Source: Takakia lepidozioides | Taxonomy: Eukaryota; Plantae; Bryophyta | Assembly: GCA_030704615.1 (NCBI GenBank) | Contig: CM060733.1 | Location: forward strand, 75,082,001-75,146,000 | Reading direction: 5' to 3' | Length of the DNA stretch: 64,000 nt | In this document: positions 38,272 through 50,573 of the stretch, one piece after another | Numbering within the stretch: the stretch's first letter is position 1 | Layout of the letters: every line of letters starts with the position of its first letter | Notes under the pieces: model-generated | Told to the model about the DNA's origin: nothing | Seen by the model: the letters and a program-made list of their open reading frames with translations, nothing else | Database searches by the model: none | Program-made: the position numbers and the translations under genes

Positions 38272-41200
38272 TGTGAAGTTAGCTAGGAAATAGCTAGCTT
38301 TCATATATTGACATTTGGGATTGACCCAAGTGTCAATCCAGGGGCCAATACATGTTTGGGCACCTGGCGTTGTTATCTTCACTGCAGATCGCGGTGGGCT
38401 CATCTTTCTCGAGTTGAGCCTCACCACGTCTAGCTATGGCGCTGTAGTGTGGATTCCCCATGGCGTGGGGTGCACTTGGCTCGACTTAATATATGAGTGA
38501 TGTTTCCATGTGCAAATATGTGAGTTTGAGAGAACTTGTGTGCTTGTATTTTCCTTTCTTTATCACTCGAGAAAGATCAGCTCGAGTCTGTGAGTACCAG
38601 GTTCGAGTTAGTTGTAGCACTTGTGTTTTTAGATCATGAAAAGCGGTTCAGCCTAGAGTGCAGAGATCCATGCATGAGCCTATCCAAAGCGGATAGAGTG
38701 CAAAGGCGAACAAGTTGCAGGTTTGCAATGGATAGAGAGGCGGGTAGCCTATGTTGAAGAGCGGCATTGCATAATTCAACGCTATGGCAACCAAGTTTGG
38801 GCTTCTAGTGTAAAGCGGAGGAGATGCTGGCCACGAGTGGGCGAACTGGTGGTCGTCTTCTTCAACTACAGGCCGAGTTAAGGAGCTGCAGGAATGTGGG
38901 CTGCGCATGGGAAGCTAGCATGTTGCAGGTTGGAGATGATATGATCAGCTCTAGGTATTTCTGCCCGAAACTAGTTGTTGTGGGTAGATGAGGAGCAGCC
39001 GAATGGTGGAGCTGCGAGGGGATGCATCGCAGCCCATTGGGAGCTTCAGCTCCAAACTCATGAAGAGATATGAGTGAAGAGAGGGGGCAGGTCCCTCTTG
39101 TGTGCAAATCAGTGCACTTGTGAAACATGTGCTGAATTGGAGTTTCAATCTAAAACTCAGCAGTAAGGGCTCTTGGAGTGGCAAGAGCAGGGCTGGAAGG
39201 GCAGCAACGAGGCGCCCTAGAGCCAAGGGATATGCATGAGAAGTGCAGGTGCACCAAGTTTGTAAAGGTGTGTATTTTTAGATTCGTATTTGTGAGCTTC
39301 ATGAAGAAATGGAGCTTGTTGGGCAGCATATTGCTTGCTTGTTGAGTTTAGGGTGCTTCTAGTGGGCCATGAGAGCTCAGGAGTGTAGGGCGACGGGGCT
39401 GATGGCTCCGCAGAAGCCATAGCTCAGCGGCAGCAGGTGCAGGAGCAAACCCCAGCTGGGGGAGAGCTCGGGAACTCGTTGGAAGTTCCAGGGCACGCAG
39501 GAAACAGTGGCCGTGATGGGCCGTAGGGGCGGTATCACGAGATACCACGAGCCCAGGCCGTGACTGTTGACCGTGACCGTTGGAAGCCGTGGTGCGGACA
39601 CAACGGGTAGGCACGGTGACCAAATCGTGGGGATGGCGGGTCGTGAAGGCTCGTGGGAGTGGTACCACGGGGTATCACGGGGCAGCCCGTGGCCAACAAG
39701 TGCCTAGGGCGGGCCATGAGGAGTCGTGGCGGTTGGAGCCACGGAAGGCCGCAAACAGGCAGAGTGAAAAAAATAAAAATAATAAAAAATTGGGCTCTGT
39801 AGAACAACGGTTTTGAGCTAGCTGATCCGGCAGAAAAGTCGGAATTGCCTCCCTGTTGCGTTTTAACAAAGGGGATTACTTCCCTGCAGGTAATCTTTTC
39901 GGGTTTTCAGCCCAATTCTTAACTATGGGGGAGACCAGCCTGCAGGTAATTCCTTTGGACAGAATGTTGTTGGGGCCTATATGTACCTCTATTTGCTCCA
40001 TTTTTTAACCTTCAGTGAATGGCGTGGTTTCCTGAGGTGGTTTCATTCTGAGGAATGGCTGGTGGACGTAAGGAGGCACTGACGGACCCTGTGGAGGCTT
40101 GCACGGGGCCTTGGAGGCCAAGTTTCAGGAGCTCGTGGAGGGCGGTTTGAGGAGTGTCTACAGGATGCTCTCATGGTCATGCAAATGAGAGAAGAGAGGA
40201 AAAAAAGAGGGTGTTGGGATGAGAGCGTGCTGGGGATAGGTATTGCTTTAGCTTCCCTTCCTCGTAGCTTTCCACCTTCTTTGTAGGCCGAGACCTTTCC
40301 GTAGGTGGAGGCAAGAGTCAGTCCGAGTTTGGGCCGGGTTGCAGGAGCAACGCTGTGGAGTTGTTTTTGGTGTGGGGGAGTTGTTGTTTTCATTCTTGTA
40401 TTTGGATCCCCTCCACACCTGCATGCTTGATTGTGCGCCATGCTAGTTTTGTGTGGGCGCTTGATTTTATAGGTGGTTGACTGGGGCTTGATCGTCGATC
40501 CAACCCTAGAGCATGCTGCCGATGGTGAGGCTGGGTTGATGACCAATCAGACCATCTTTGTTTCTCTTGTGGTGAGATTGGAGGTAATGACCAGCCAACC
40601 ATGGGAGTGCCTGCGGTGGATGCAGGTGCAGGCTATGTTAGGAACCTAGTATTCCAAACCATAAGCCGCATCAGGTTCTCTACCCGGTTACCTTGTGGAG
40701 AGGGGGTTAGAGACAGGTTCATGACCGGTTGAGTGTCAGTTTGTCAACACGGAGGTGCCACTGGTTGCTGGGGAAAGTGCCGGTACGAGCACTAGCGATA
40801 CTAGCGGGTATATGAGACGAGGTGTGCGGTTTAGGCCTCCGTCACCTCCTTTGTCTTCTACGGAAGGTTCTGATTCGGATTGTGAATCAGGAGGACTCAC
40901 ACCGGCGGTGCAAGTTGTTTCCTCGCCATTGTTGTGGGACACAATGGAGGAGATGTATGGAGCCACCAAGGGGCCACGTAGGTACTCTGGGGCGGTGGGC
41001 ACCATTGAGTTGGATGATTTTATCCAAGAGTTTGATAGTTGGTGTGACTTGCAGCAAATGCGCAATCCACAATTGTTTACGCCTTTCATGGCATGGAAGG
41101 GGTTGTTTCAGCACCTTGAGGGACCGCCCATGGATGATTACCATGAGTTTAGGCGGGGGCACAATGTTGAGATCGAGGAGTGGAGGATGTACTGGTCACC

Positions 41201-42015
41201 CGACTATGTCTACATCACTAGAGGCACAAGGGCAACAGCCACACCAGCAGCAGCAACTACAACAACAGCTTCCACGAGCAGTAGGGGGACTAGTGGTACA
41301 GCAACTACAACGTCCACCCAAGCTACTGCTGCACCAGCACCAGTGGCGGTGCTTGCCTTCAACCCTGTTGTGGAGTTCTTCGAAGAGTTGAGAATGAACT
41401 ACCAAGGGATGAGGACAGAGAAGTTGAGGAGCTTGCAAGAGTTCCAGAGGAAGCCTACTGAGAGCTTGAGGGAGGCTTTCACTCGCATGAGGCGCTTGAT
41501 AAATGTAACCCAAGGGGTTACGGAGGCTCTGCAGTTACGGAGGACAATTGGGAGCCTGACATTGGACCCATTGTCACTGGAGGAGAGAGACGACGTATAC
41601 GGCGGTTCCTGAGGGCTTACAGGAATTGCTTTGCCTTCAGTTTGAAGGATTTTGGAGCACTGAAGGGTCAGGAGATTCGTATTGAGTTGGCCACGAACAC
41701 GCCGATCTTTCGGAGACCCTATAAATACAGTGACATGGAGAGGTCTTTGATTCAGATGAGGACTCAAGATCTCTGGGAGGCTGATTTGGTGGAGCTCTCT
41801 GGTGGAGAGTATGCTTCAGCCACGGTGATGCCAGCCAAGAATGATGTCTATGGCAATTGGACGGAGAGATGTATGTGCGGTGACTACTGGCATGTATATC
41901 GTTAGACCAAGTCCAATAAATATGTCATGTCCCACACCTGAGGAGATCTTTGATGCCATTGGGCATGCCAAGGTCTTTAGCACTTTGGACTTGCGGTCCG
42001 GATATCACCAGTTCA
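38272..42015 (+). mobile_element. Truncated Ty3/gypsy LTR retrotransposon (LTR/leader, gag, RT start)
   Basis: Gag-like ORF 40755-41612 (ELDDFIQEFDSWC, LQEFQRKPTESLREAFTRM); RT motifs PIFRRPY, RCMCGDY and FSTLDLRSGYHQ at 41642-42015. LTR boundary approximate. Confidence 0.8.
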
Positions 42016-43439
42016 TCTGTTCAACGAAGGACAATCCAGTCACTCCCCCCTTAAAATACCAGTGCTACCCAGTTCTGCAACAAAAAGACGTAAAAGTTTT
42101 AGGCTACAAGCTAGCCCCCTCCCTCTCTCCATCAGATCTGCCATAGCTTACAACCCAATTATAGCCAGAACCTGCTTCAATCTCCAATCCTTTCCCACTC
42201 TCGCTTTCAAAGGCTGCCCCCACAACCTCTCGCAATCTGACCCGACTGCATCACTCCCATGATCTACAGGCGGCTCCCCAAACCCCTCCTTTCTTATCAC
42301 TGCAAACAACGGTACCAATATGGAGTTACTCTGCATCACAGCACAAGACGTTGACATCTTCATGTCAAAGTGCCCCATTGACAGCAGCCCAATTCCTACT
42401 TTTTGCAACAAGATCGACATGTTCTTGTGGGTACAACATTCACATCTGACTCTTCACCCTCACGCAAAGATTACATGAGGGGCCTTCATTGAAAACAGTC
42501 CAGGACTGGGCACCAGTCTATCTCCAACTACCCATATTCTTGCTATCATGGAGGAAAATGATTGTTGTTGCAAGGGCAATCTTCCAAGGGTGAATGGACT
42601 CTCCCCGCCCCCTATGATCTTCCTACGGAAGTGCATGAAGAAAATGAACTCATTGACAGAGAGAAGCAGAACGAGCACATGGACTACTCCAACTACAACA
42701 CATGACTTGATTCCTCGTCCAGCTCCTCTAAATTGCAGCTATCTCTTCTATCATCGCTCAATGCGCCTCCGGCCACTCAGCTTGTGGACAGCTCTGGACC
42801 AATTGCAGGGAATCTTATTCTTCCTTCTCCAACATCCCCGGCTCCTAAAGGGGGAAGCGTCTCCCCACCCCTGCCTCTCCATCATGCTTCGCCGTCACAT
42901 GCCGTGGGGAGGCTTCTGCTTGCCGCGCTCTTTATGGACACTCCCACTCCGGCCATCCCTCCATCTCCGCCTGTCCAAATAAGTTCTCAGTCATCCACTA
43001 TTCCATTTATCATCTTCTTTAAGTCAGAATCTAGTTCCCCAGCAGGTGCAGAGTCCTTTGCCTCCACAACACCCCTCCCTCCCCGGCCGGTAGAGGAACC
43101 GGTTTTTCCAACACCACCCATAGTTCACACCTGGCACTTTGAACGGCTCCTCTTACACCCATGTGAGAGGAGGCAAGGTGTGATCTCGACCATTGTAGGA
43201 AAAGCCACATGGTGTTACAAATTTCACACTGGAATGACACCCATAGGGTCAACGGGTGTTGACCAAGATAATTCATATGGGGCATTTGACATGAGTGTGA
43301 AATGAGTCATGGAGTGTGAGGTAAGCAGTATAGTTTAACTATAACTGAAAATCTGGAAAGGGAGAGCGTAACATTGTCTTGAGCCCCGGAAAGCACGGTC
43401 ACTGGTGTCCTGAATCCATATTGAGAAGCTTGTGCACCA

Positions 43440-43644
43440 TCCAGAGTTATCGCGTTGGTCTCTTCTTGCTCTCATAGTAGTCAGTAGTCGACATTGTTGA
43501 ACCAAAAATGGTTGTGCGGGGACGTCTGTGCGCTGTGCACCATCCGAAATCCTGCTGCAGTAAGGGCATCGGCCTCAACCTGAGTCAGATTGCATCCCGG
43601 TTCCACCGGCCAAACCGTGGGAGCCTTTGGCATTGCTTGTATGC
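43440..43644 (-). mobile_element. Mutator transposase fragment homologous to 45610-45805
   Basis: Nucleotide similarity (caccatcc.aaatcctgc.gcagtaagggc.tcggcctcaacctga.tcagat). Confidence 0.75.
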
Positions 43645-43860
43645 AGGAAAGCTGGGATTATATCAAATATCATTCTTGAAAATGCCCTTGTGGACATGTA
43701 TGCCAAATGTGGGGGTTATCCAGGATACAAAAGGGGAGTGTTTGACAATATGGCTGGAGTCCACTGATTGCAGGATATGCGCATCATGGTTGTGGGATAG
43801 AGGCTTTGGAGACCTATGAGCAAATGATGCTGAAAGGGGTAAAGCCCAACCAAGTAACAA
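43645..43860 (+). pseudogene. PLS-PPR fragment
   Basis: NALVDMYAKCG...AGYAHHGCGIEALETYEQMMLKGVKPNQVT, similar to the 3.2-5.3 kb PPR. Confidence 0.75.
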
Positions 43861-44701
43861 GGACTACCAGACAAAGACACGATGACTACCCAGGCTGGAG
43901 GTGCAAGTGGCTCACCCACGACATGGGTGCAACAAGGCCCCATGAGGGCACAAACATTGCTGGTAGTGAGCAAAAGGCAGGAAAGTAGGTAGTGTATGCT
44001 CTGAAACTCATTGATTGGATCTTGTTGACAAAATACTTGATGACGTCCCAACATTTAGATCCATCGGATTCCTTTTTTTTTGGTCTGATCAAGTTCTGTT
44101 ACTTGAACTTTCAAGACTACTCAATGTTCAGATCCACTTGGAATATGTGGGTCTGTCTGATTGGTAGAAATTGTTTGCTCCGTGGTTATACCTATGACGC
44201 TAACAATAGACAAATGTAGTACAGTTGGTTACGTTGTCACTGCACTAGCGCTATGCATAGTAAATATATACCACAGTAGCAGTGGTATATGTTCCTCCAG
44301 TGGTATTCATAATCACATGCATACCACTCTATTATTGGTATATGTTCCAATAAAGATATATTGAAATATCACAATATGGATGGTGTAATGACACTACAAG
44401 TCATTCAGACTACTCAAAATGATATTGACACACTCCAAAAATTTCATTAACCACTCATGTAGTACTCATTCCAATAATGGGGCTGTTCTTGTTCCTTGTT
44501 TCATGAGAGGATTTGTTTGTGCAAAGTTTGTAGAGGCGATCACGGCCATCTTCTGGTTCTGCAGGCATGACATTATGACTTTGTGTCTACGGCTGAACTA
44601 GGTCGAAGAAGAAGGTGCCCTCACCACATTGTCCTCGACCTTGTGTCTGTAGTTAGGTAATGTCGGATTGGTCCATGAGAACCACCACGGTGCAGCTGAG
44701 C

Positions 44702-45328
44702 GAGCAGAGATTGAAACACGACCTGCTAAGACCAACCTGACTCTTCCAAGAACCTTGTAAACATAACGAGGACTTAGCGTGCGCAACAGCGATAGGGCTT
44801 AGTGCACAAGGGAAAAAATAAAACAACACAAAGAGTTTGAACCCGCGATGTCGCAATAGGCAGGAAGAGCCCTTACCAGTACGCTACATACACACATTTT
44901 GAAATTTCCCCCCATAAGTATGTATATATTTTGAACATTTTCTAGCCCATTTATATATACATAGTTTGTATGTGGGGTATTAAATTAACCCCCTTCTATT
45001 CACGCACGTGACACATACATATTGCTATATAAATTTATATATTATAATTACACGTGCCATCGCTTAAATGATCGTCTCAGTCAACTGAATTTAGGTAGTC
45101 AAAGTCTCTCACTGTGGCCCTGACACAGTCAAAATTTTCGCGGTTGTGTGGCACCTCGCAATCGCAAGGCGTGGCTTTTTCTTAATGTAGGATGTGAAGA
45201 AGTTTGTCCATCCTGCAAATGTGGGCTTTTGGCTCCTGTTAGTACCATGATTCGGTATTCTTCCTTATGTTTACAAGGTTCTTGGGAAAATCAGCTTGGT
45301 CTTAGCAGGCCGTGTTTCAATCTTTGCT
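44702..45328. mobile_element. MITE-like element with ~70-bp inverted repeats
   Basis: 44702-44772 (agcagagattgaaacacgacctgctaagaccaa...cttgtaaacataa) is the inverse of 45258-45328; AT-rich interior; no TSD found. Confidence 0.65.
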
Positions 45329-45423
45329 GAGGTTTACTATTTCATGAGCGGAAACCATGAGCCATGAGCCATGAGCTGCATGAGCCGCATGAGCGGTGAG
45401 CCGAAGTCTAAGACACGCGGATT

Positions 45424-48400
45424 TCATGAGCGGACTTCTCCAAATTTGGAAATGCGGCAGATTAAAAAAAATATTAAAATAATGTTTACTTCTGTCGAGC
45501 TCTGGATTGTACAGTTCATCCGAAGTGCATTCCCCATCCTTGTCTCGTTCACTTTTGAGGGAGGTCGCCGCCTCTTCGGTTTCCCCCAACGATGTATATG
45601 ATGCTTAGAGCTGTCGCGTCCCATTGTTCTTGCTCTCACAGGGGTCGGTGGTAGAGGCTGTGGAAGCGGAAATGGTTGTCTGGGGACGTCAGTGCGCTGC
45701 ACCATCCAAAATCCTGCGGCAGTAAGGGCGTCGGCCTCAACCTGACTCAGATCGCAGCCTAGTTCCACCAGCCACACCGGGGGAGCCTCTGGCATTGTTT
45801 GTATGCCGTACTTGGGCTTTCCATACACGCAAGTCATAATGTCATGCCTGCAGAACCAGAACTGGGTGGTTGTCGCCTCCGCAAACTTTGCATGGACAAA
45901 TCTTCCTATAAAAGTAGGAGCAGGGACAGCCCCATCTGGATTCCTCTTTATCATCTCTAAACAACGTTGTCGTGTATCCACTCGAATTGCGGAACACCTG
46001 CCTCGAAACGACGGCTTTATGCGAGCAATTCTCCATTGTGACGCAGACACAGTCGTCTACACAATGGCTTGGCCATACTGCATAACAGCGGGCGAAATCT
46101 GGGGCAAGCGAGCGGTGGGAATTTCTCGCACGGAATCCCCGCTTGAAGGCGATGGCGATCTGGAATTTCTTGGGCTTCCACTGCTGGAAGACACATTGTG
46201 CGGCAACATCACGGGCCCTCGAGGTGCTGTCCGAATGTTCCTGTCGCATCTCCAGGAATCTTCTTCACACCCGGGTTCCTCTTCAATCCTCCGCCTCACA
46301 GGGCGAGTACGGACGTCCCCCTCTAGGTGTTCACCTCTGCGGTGCAGAGGCGTCCCTTTGATCTTCTCTCGCAATGTTGTCGCCCATTTCAGTGGATTCT
46401 TCGACCTGAAGCTGTTCGTACCAACAATTCCTCCCTGTCCAGCCCAAAGCCCCATTGTTTCCCGCTCAAGAACTTGTAGTACGTGGCTTGCTGCATGATT
46501 GCTCTGTCGATGTCCTCCGTTGTGGCCGTCACTACGTCCACCAGATGTGCGGCAGAAGACGCTCGCCAGGAGGAGTGGACTGATTCTGCCATATTCATGT
46601 TCGGCATGTCCGTGTCGGAATCCAAGCACTGCTCCTACAAGGACAGAAACAATGGTGAGGGACCAATGCAAAGGTCCGTAATAGAACGACAATTGCACGA
46701 AAAGTCTGGCATCATACGTCCCGCATGTACTGTCCAAACTGTCGATACAGAAAAGCCAGCTGTGCAAGGCTCCCAGATTGGTTGTCTCCACTGCACCTGA
46801 CGTGTTCCACCAAGCCTCAATGATTGCAAACTTTACCTCCGAGTCATCAAATGTGGGTGCATCCTTCCACGCCGTACAAAGGACACGGTGTTCAGCCTGG
46901 AATGAGCTAGCAACAAATTTGGTAGTGTAGTGAGATAGACTTTGCATCCAATGGAATCCACAGGATCTCTCTTTCCCCTCCATTGGAACATTGGGGTCCT
47001 CACCATACACATGCCGCACCGCTGCCCAGTTGGCCTGAGCGTTGTCTGCCATGAATCCCCTGAAATTGGGCTCTGGTTAACCCGCCCTTGCCATCTGCTC
47101 GTTTATGCCCTCCCACAGATGCATCTCCGACTGTGTGTCCTCCCCTTTCATCTCGCAAATTGCAATCGTCATGAGCCTCTTGGAGTGATAGTCATAAACC
47201 ATAGTCACCCACTGATGGTTTGTAATTCGCTTGATGTGATCAAACATCACCCAAGCATTCGATAAGTTTCTAGTTGTCATGACAAGTGACCAAGTCGACT
47301 CCACTCCCAGGCCCACACGTCGACATTTTAAAAATGTAACAACAATCAGATTTGCTGCCTTGCCCTGGAAACCTGCTACCTTGGATGTAGTCATATCCAG
47401 TCATTCATTTCACCTCCAAGATTGAGTGCATGTCCGACCCCCGGCCGAACTCCTGCTTGCAAGATACGATGTGATTCCGCACATTCAAACTACAAACGTG
47501 CGAGACGGACTCCAACAGGTCAAGCATCTCCTCTTCGTTCAAGGGCACTCGGTTTGAACCATCTTCAGACATGATTTTGCCAAGAGAAATCTTGTGGGTT
47601 GCCTTCAGCTGAATCTGCTTTGGTCTGGCTTCAGGGCTCAATTTCACCTCCTCTTTTATGATGTCGTGTGCTTCCTGCACAGCCTCCCGCATGTTGCCTC
47701 TCGCCAAGGGGTGGCAGTGGACCCCAACGTGTATGCAAGCTCTAGTCAAGTCCGGGAGCAAATGGATTACGTAATATTGCTTGGCTCTGCACATGGACAT
47801 GCACGTCGGTGGTTCTTTGCAATGTGCGCACTTGAAAGTACCCGCAGGAGCTTGGCTGGAGACAATGAATGGATGATGGGTTGTGCCAGTCGAATCCGTC
47901 TCGTTTCTCCGCCCTCCTTTGGAGAGAAAGTGGAAGCAGGCGGGATTGAGGCACCTCAGCTTCCCCGCACAGAGGACGTATCGTACACGAACACCATCAG
48001 CAAATTTCGTGCTACTGGTCTTCGTCACACACCAGGGGTGTCCGTCATGCTTTTGATCTATGTCTGTTAACATCCTTGAGGCTTTGTTTGACGAAGTAAC
48101 AGGTGGAAACTTGAAGTTGACATTGCCATCAACTTCGGGAGGCAAATACGTTACCTTCCTGATTGGAAATTTGGCATAGTCGAGAGCAGCCAGCTCGGAG
48201 CAAGAACCATCGAGGTGATGTTGTCGTAGAAGCTGCACAATGGACCGGGTTGGAGTTATGCTCGAGGGTACATGCGTAGCACTTGCAGAGACGTCCATGT
48301 CGGATTTGAACGACCGTGTGGAGGACATGGGGACCTCAATGCACTCATCTTCCTTGTCGGAAATGTCAAATACGTCCACACGAGAAGCTATGGAGGGTCT

Positions 48401-48925
48401 TGACGGTCGAGGTCGGGAATGATTATCGTTGCATACCTCTCTGTTGGCAGTGGCCGCCTATCGGTTTCCCGACTCCTTTGTGGATGGTGTGGGCAACGAC
48501 TGATTCGAAAAGGGAATGGGCATTCCCACAGCTCGGTACAGGATGGTGTCTGATGGGGGTACGTGCCATTCGATTCCGCAACCTCCGTCGTTACCTGGCA
48601 CGACAATGGTCTCGTCAACCTGTCCAGGAACATCCTTCTTTTCTTCTTCCAAATAAACTGTGCCCGGTTTGAGCTTGAATTTGGAACAAATGTAAGTTTC
48701 AGTCACTCTGCAAAGTCCTCCCTCGTTTGGGATCAAGGCTCTCCCAAGTGACGGAGGACAGCAAACTATAGCGTAGGAATTCGAAACCATCGAACACCGC
48801 ACGAAATTGGCAAGTGCGATGTTCGCTATAGCGACAGACCAAGACTCACAGGCACCATGTAAGTGGATCTGCGGAGTCCATCGATGATTGGAAGTCGCAC
48901 ATTCAAGTGAAAAGTATTGTTTCAA
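45424..48925 (-). mobile_element. Mutator-like (MULE) transposase gene, interrupted
   Basis: GCM/WRKY-type Zn finger (CAGKLRCLNPAC..KCAHC..CIHVGVHCHP, 47405-48379); DDE core (WVMFDHIKR, TIAICEMKGED, MADNAQANW, ERSCGFHW, NMNMAESVHSSW); C-terminal FWFCRHDI block; stops and frameshifts. Confidence 0.75.
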
Positions 48926-49186
48926 GCTACATGCATGAAGGTGGGAGGTGTGATTCCATATCCACTAAGTATGACAATGATGGCCGATTCGGCGACGAAA
49001 TAACATCTCCTGACAGTTTCTACTGAGGGTGGATCAACCAGTATTTGCGGTGCAGACATGAACGTTCGCACTGACAAGTGCCAGGACTGTTAGTTAAAAC
49101 GGTTAGACAACCAAGTTGTGCTCATTAAGACAGGCCGCAATTGTGATGTTTCGGAACAATGCAACCCATTGCACATGGCTGAATGG

Positions 49187-50302
49187 GAATGCGGTCCTGC
49201 ATCCCAGTTCGACAAGTTCTCTCGTTGATTGTGATCGGAAATGCGGCACCGCATTTTCGTCAACAGGAAAACCAAAATACTGGTGCAACGGAAATCCGAT
49301 TTCACATTTCAGTCCACTCTAAAAAGCAGGCCCATGGTGGAACGAAAATGCGGTATCGCATTTAGGTCCAATGGGACTAGGAACACACGGTAGAAAATAA
49401 TAACCACAGCGCATTTTCAACGACTGTGACACTTTGGATAGGCAGGAACGGAAATGCGGTGCCGCATTTCCGTCCGGTCTCTTTCAATGGAATCCAGTGG
49501 ACGGAAATGAGGTTCCGCATTTCCGTCCGGTGTGCTATTTTCGATTGCTGTTGGACGGAAATATGGCGCCGCATTTCCGTTTTGCATCTTAGGCATGCAG
49601 CAGTGCGACGGAAATTCGGCACCGCATTTCCGTCCGGGGAAACCTTTATACTCTCCAGAACGGAAATGCGGTGCCGCATTTCCGTCCAACAAGTACGGTA
49701 TGTGACAGTGGAACGGAAATGCGGTACGGCATTTCCGTTCTAATTGAAAATCATGAACCACTAGAACTGAAATGCGGCACCGCATTTCCGTCCGAGTCGC
49801 ACCTTCTGACATTCCACAACGGAAATGCGGCGCCACATTTCCGTTTTGTATCTCAGGCATGGAGCTGTGGGACAGAAATGCGGCACCGCATTTCCGTTCT
49901 GATTGAAAATCATGAACCACTGGAACTGAAATGCGGCACCGCATTTCCATCCGAGTCGCACCTTCCGACATTCCACAACGGCAATGCGGCGCCGCATTTC
50001 CGTTTTGTATCCCAGGCATGGAGCTGTGGGACGGAAATGCAGCACCGCATTTCCGTCCGAGTCGCACCTTCCGACATTCCACAACGGAAATGCGATGCCG
50101 CATTTCCGTTTTGTATGCATGGAGCTGTGGGACGGAAATGCGGCACCGCATTTCCATCCGAGTCACACATGCCGACATTCCACAACGGAAATGCGGCGCC
50201 GCATTTCCGTTTTGTATCTCAAGCATGGAGCTGTGGGACGAAAATGCGGCAATGCCATGATATGTGGACATGTGGACCAACGGAATTGCGGCACCGCATT
50301 TT
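49187..50302. repeat. Array of ~20 palindromes ACGGAAATGCGG-NN-CCGCATTTCCGT, ~52-53-bp period
   Basis: Copies at ~49237, 49345, 49450, 49502, 49556, 49608, 49660, 49713, 49767, 49819, 49873, 49927, 49979, 50031, 50084, 50133, 50185, 50238 and 50280. Confidence 0.95.
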
Positions 50303-50573
50303 CATGTTTGCACTCTATCTGTCTGAAGTGGCAGGAGTCGGCGCGGCCTGATCGTTGGTTAATGATGTTTGTTTTCGGATGGCAGGCGTACCTTTGACGA
50401 TTCGAATTTTGCAATGATGCATAGTCCACGAGGAGACACTTCCATCCCAGCCTTTCGAACCCAAGCGGTGCATCATCGCCGTTTCATCTTCTTTTGTCGT
50501 GTCTACTCATTCACCCCTCTGGCGCCCTTTCCATCTGCACTCTTCGCCCCTTTTCCGCGTCTGTGTTCTTCTT

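Noticed and set aside
49187-50302. CRISPR array (palindromic repeats with similar-length spacers)
   Set aside because: Spacers recur in higher-order duplications, the repeats are degenerate, no cas genes are present and the context is a eukaryotic transposon.
49377-50429. Long overlapping ORFs (EMRHRIS/GNAAPHF/KCGTAF repeats), likewise 55803-56975
   Set aside because: Artefacts of translating a stop-free palindromic repeat in all frames.
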